Source: Calditrichia bacterium
Lineage (GTDB): Bacteria; Calditrichota; Calditrichia; JAJRVZ01
Length of the DNA: 64,000 nucleotides
Direction of reading: 5' to 3'
Assembly: GCA_963796965.1 (NCBI GenBank)
Contig: CAWCNS010000016.1
Span: 192,001 to 256,000 of the forward strand
Part shown: positions 62,633 through 64,000 of the stretch, in pieces
Layout of the letters: each line of letters begins with the position of its first letter
Numbering within the stretch: the first letter of the stretch is position 1
Translations under genes and position numbers: made by a program
Notes under the pieces: generated by a model
Told to the model about the DNA's origin: nothing
The model's database searches: none
What the model saw: only the letters and a program-made list of their open reading frames with translations

Positions 62633-62676
62633 TTATAGAGTACTTTTTATTGAATTAAGTTAGAAATATCGCACTA

Positions 62677-63036
62677 TCAAAGGTTTTTTCTGACCGTTTT
62701 TATAGATGCTACAGTGATTGCTAGAAGTTCATCGCATTCTTTTAATAAAATGTCTATGAGTGGATTGGAAGAAATTTTCATTTCTTTAATGAGTTCAAGC
62801 CATAATTGAGATTCATCTGCTTCTTCTTCGACAATACCCATTTTTGATATAAACTCTGCTTTGGACCGACCCCGACAAGCTGCTCTGTAATTTGCCGCTA
62901 TAGATGTTCCAGATCTAAATAGTTGATTTCCAATTAGCCTTCCTTCTCTATTATTAGGCAGAGTGCGACAAAACTGAATTATATCTTTAGCAAATCTTTT
63001 TGTTCTCTCTCTTAATTCCTTCTCATTCAATACCAA
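62677..63036 (-). CDS. Four helix bundle protein (23S rRNA IVP / TIGR02436 family)
   Basis: QLFRSGTSIAANYRAA.R.RS.AEFISK..IV.EEADES..WLEL. Confidence 0.92.
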   Translation of the reverse strand: MVLNEKELRERTKRFAKDIIQFCRTLPNNREGRLIGNQLFRSGTSIAANYRAACRGRSKAEFISKMGIVEEEADESQLWLELIKEMKISSNPLIDILLKECDELLAITVASIKTVRKNL

Positions 63037-63130
63037 TTCCTCTTACTTTCGAATAATGAATTTAGATTGTGGGGCATATGTTAGGCATTGCAAAAATTAT
63101 ACCATATACAAGAATTTAAATTCAAGCTCT

Positions 63131-63161
63131 TCCAAAATCCGCAATCCAAAATCCAAAATTA
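63131..63161. repeat. Right arm of heptamer inverted repeat
   Basis: TCCAAAATCCGCAATCCAAAATCCAAAATTA. Confidence 0.85.
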
Positions 63162-63198
63162 GAAACGGCAAGCATCCCTTGTCGAGAACCCAAACCCT

Positions 63199-64000
63199 TC
63201 ATCTCAATAAAATCAATTTCTTTGTTTTTACAAATTCTCCCGCCTTTATTCTGTAGTAATAGACACCACTGGCAAACGCGGAAGCATCCCATTCTACTTG
63301 GTATGATCCAGCATGTTGTTTCTCAGATACCAGAGTAATTATCTCCTCACCCAAAAGATTGTAGATGCTCAACTCCACCTCATTGGTCATTGGTAATTGA
63401 TAATTGATCATTGTAAGGGGATTAAAAGGATTTGGATAATTTTGTTCAAGGTTATAATGTGATGGTTTTAATTCATTTTCAGACAACATAATGTTTGTTA
63501 CGACACCACTAATCACCAAACCGGTTACACCGGCTTTTCCGGTTGACCCAATTAGAGATCCTGTACCATTTGTCGTATCAATAGAAATAAAGGAAGTAAT
63601 TTCTTTTGGAGAACCAAATCCCGATAAACCAAATAATTTTCCTGCAGAATCAAAGCATATAGCCAGGCTTGTATTAAATCCACTCTTGCCAATATAGGTT
63701 GCAGACGCATTGCTTTTATCGATTTTGTATGATGACCCATCTACCGTAGACACCCAGAGCTGATCATTAAATGGGTTGACAGCAGCCCCCAAAATAATCC
63801 CGATATTTGCGGTTCCCAGAAGTGAGGCTGATCCTGTTGTATCATCAATTGCATACAGTTCTCCTGCGAATGCATTAAACCCGAAGAGGTTTCCCTCCTG
63901 ATCAAATGTTATTGCGCGAAGATTTCCTTCCGGGATGGTATATTTCTCATACGCTTTTCCATTCCTGGCATTAATTCTGTAGATGGTTGTTTGATGCCCC
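63199..64000 (-). CDS. Secreted beta-propeller-repeat protein with FlgD-Ig/Por-like C-terminal sorting domain, 5' end beyond window
   Basis: Frame open to the window edge; repeats (ID..TG....IG..G); QNYPNPFNP.T.INYQLP...SGVYYY...KKLILLR. Confidence 0.8.
   Translation of the reverse strand, partial: GHQTTIYRINARNGKAYEKYTIPEGNLRAITFDQEGNLFGFNAFAGELYAIDDTTGSASLLGTANIGIILGAAVNPFNDQLWVSTVDGSSYKIDKSNASATYIGKSGFNTSLAICFDSAGKLFGLSGFGSPKEITSFISIDTTNGTGSLIGSTGKAGVTGLVISGVVTNIMLSENELKPSHYNLEQNYPNPFNPLTMINYQLPMTNEVELSIYNLLGEEIITLVSEKQHAGSYQVEWDASAFASGVYYYRIKAGEFVKTKKLILLR

Noticed and set aside
62677..63036. Diversity-generating retroelement (Avd-like gene)
   Set aside because: No reverse transcriptase and no TR/VR repeat pair seen in the window; the protein fits the stand-alone four-helix family
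1..64000. CRISPR array, tRNA/rRNA genes, riboswitches, prophage or IS elements
   Set aside because: No regularly spaced repeats with unique spacers, and no recognisable structural-RNA signature, integrase or transposase seen by eye; an Infernal/Rfam scan would be needed to exclude RNAs formally

Overview
AT-rich bacterial chromosomal window, mostly housekeeping and envelope genes. It probably comes from an FCB-group organism such as Calditrichota or a relative (inference from FlgD-Ig/'NYPNPFN' secretion tails, bshA and a GWxTD protein). It contains trpS-scpA-scpB-rluB-cmk-rpsA, an orphan mreB, rpoN-hslVU-argF followed by a small polysaccharide cassette, a FliA/WhiG sigma factor, HU, dacB, bshA, mtgA, nagB, lgt, an ECF sigma/anti-sigma pair, a large secreted heparinase-II/III-like protein and tamA-tamB. 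Several genes, including essential rpsA, carry single-base frameshifts that look like long-read assembly errors. No rRNA, tRNA, CRISPR array, prophage or IS transposase was seen. The best signals are non-coding. (1) An apparent sigma54 -> sigma28 -> FlgM-like cascade whose predicted sigma28 targets here are an orphan mreB and an unknown secreted/outer-membrane gene upstream of comF, with no flagellar gene in the window. (2) A compact ~66-nt sigma54-driven candidate sRNA with anti-Shine-Dalgarno-like motifs. (3) A four-helix-bundle gene bracketed by inverted heptamer arrays, plus several gene-less 7-mer and 8-mer inverted-array elements in other intergenic spaces.
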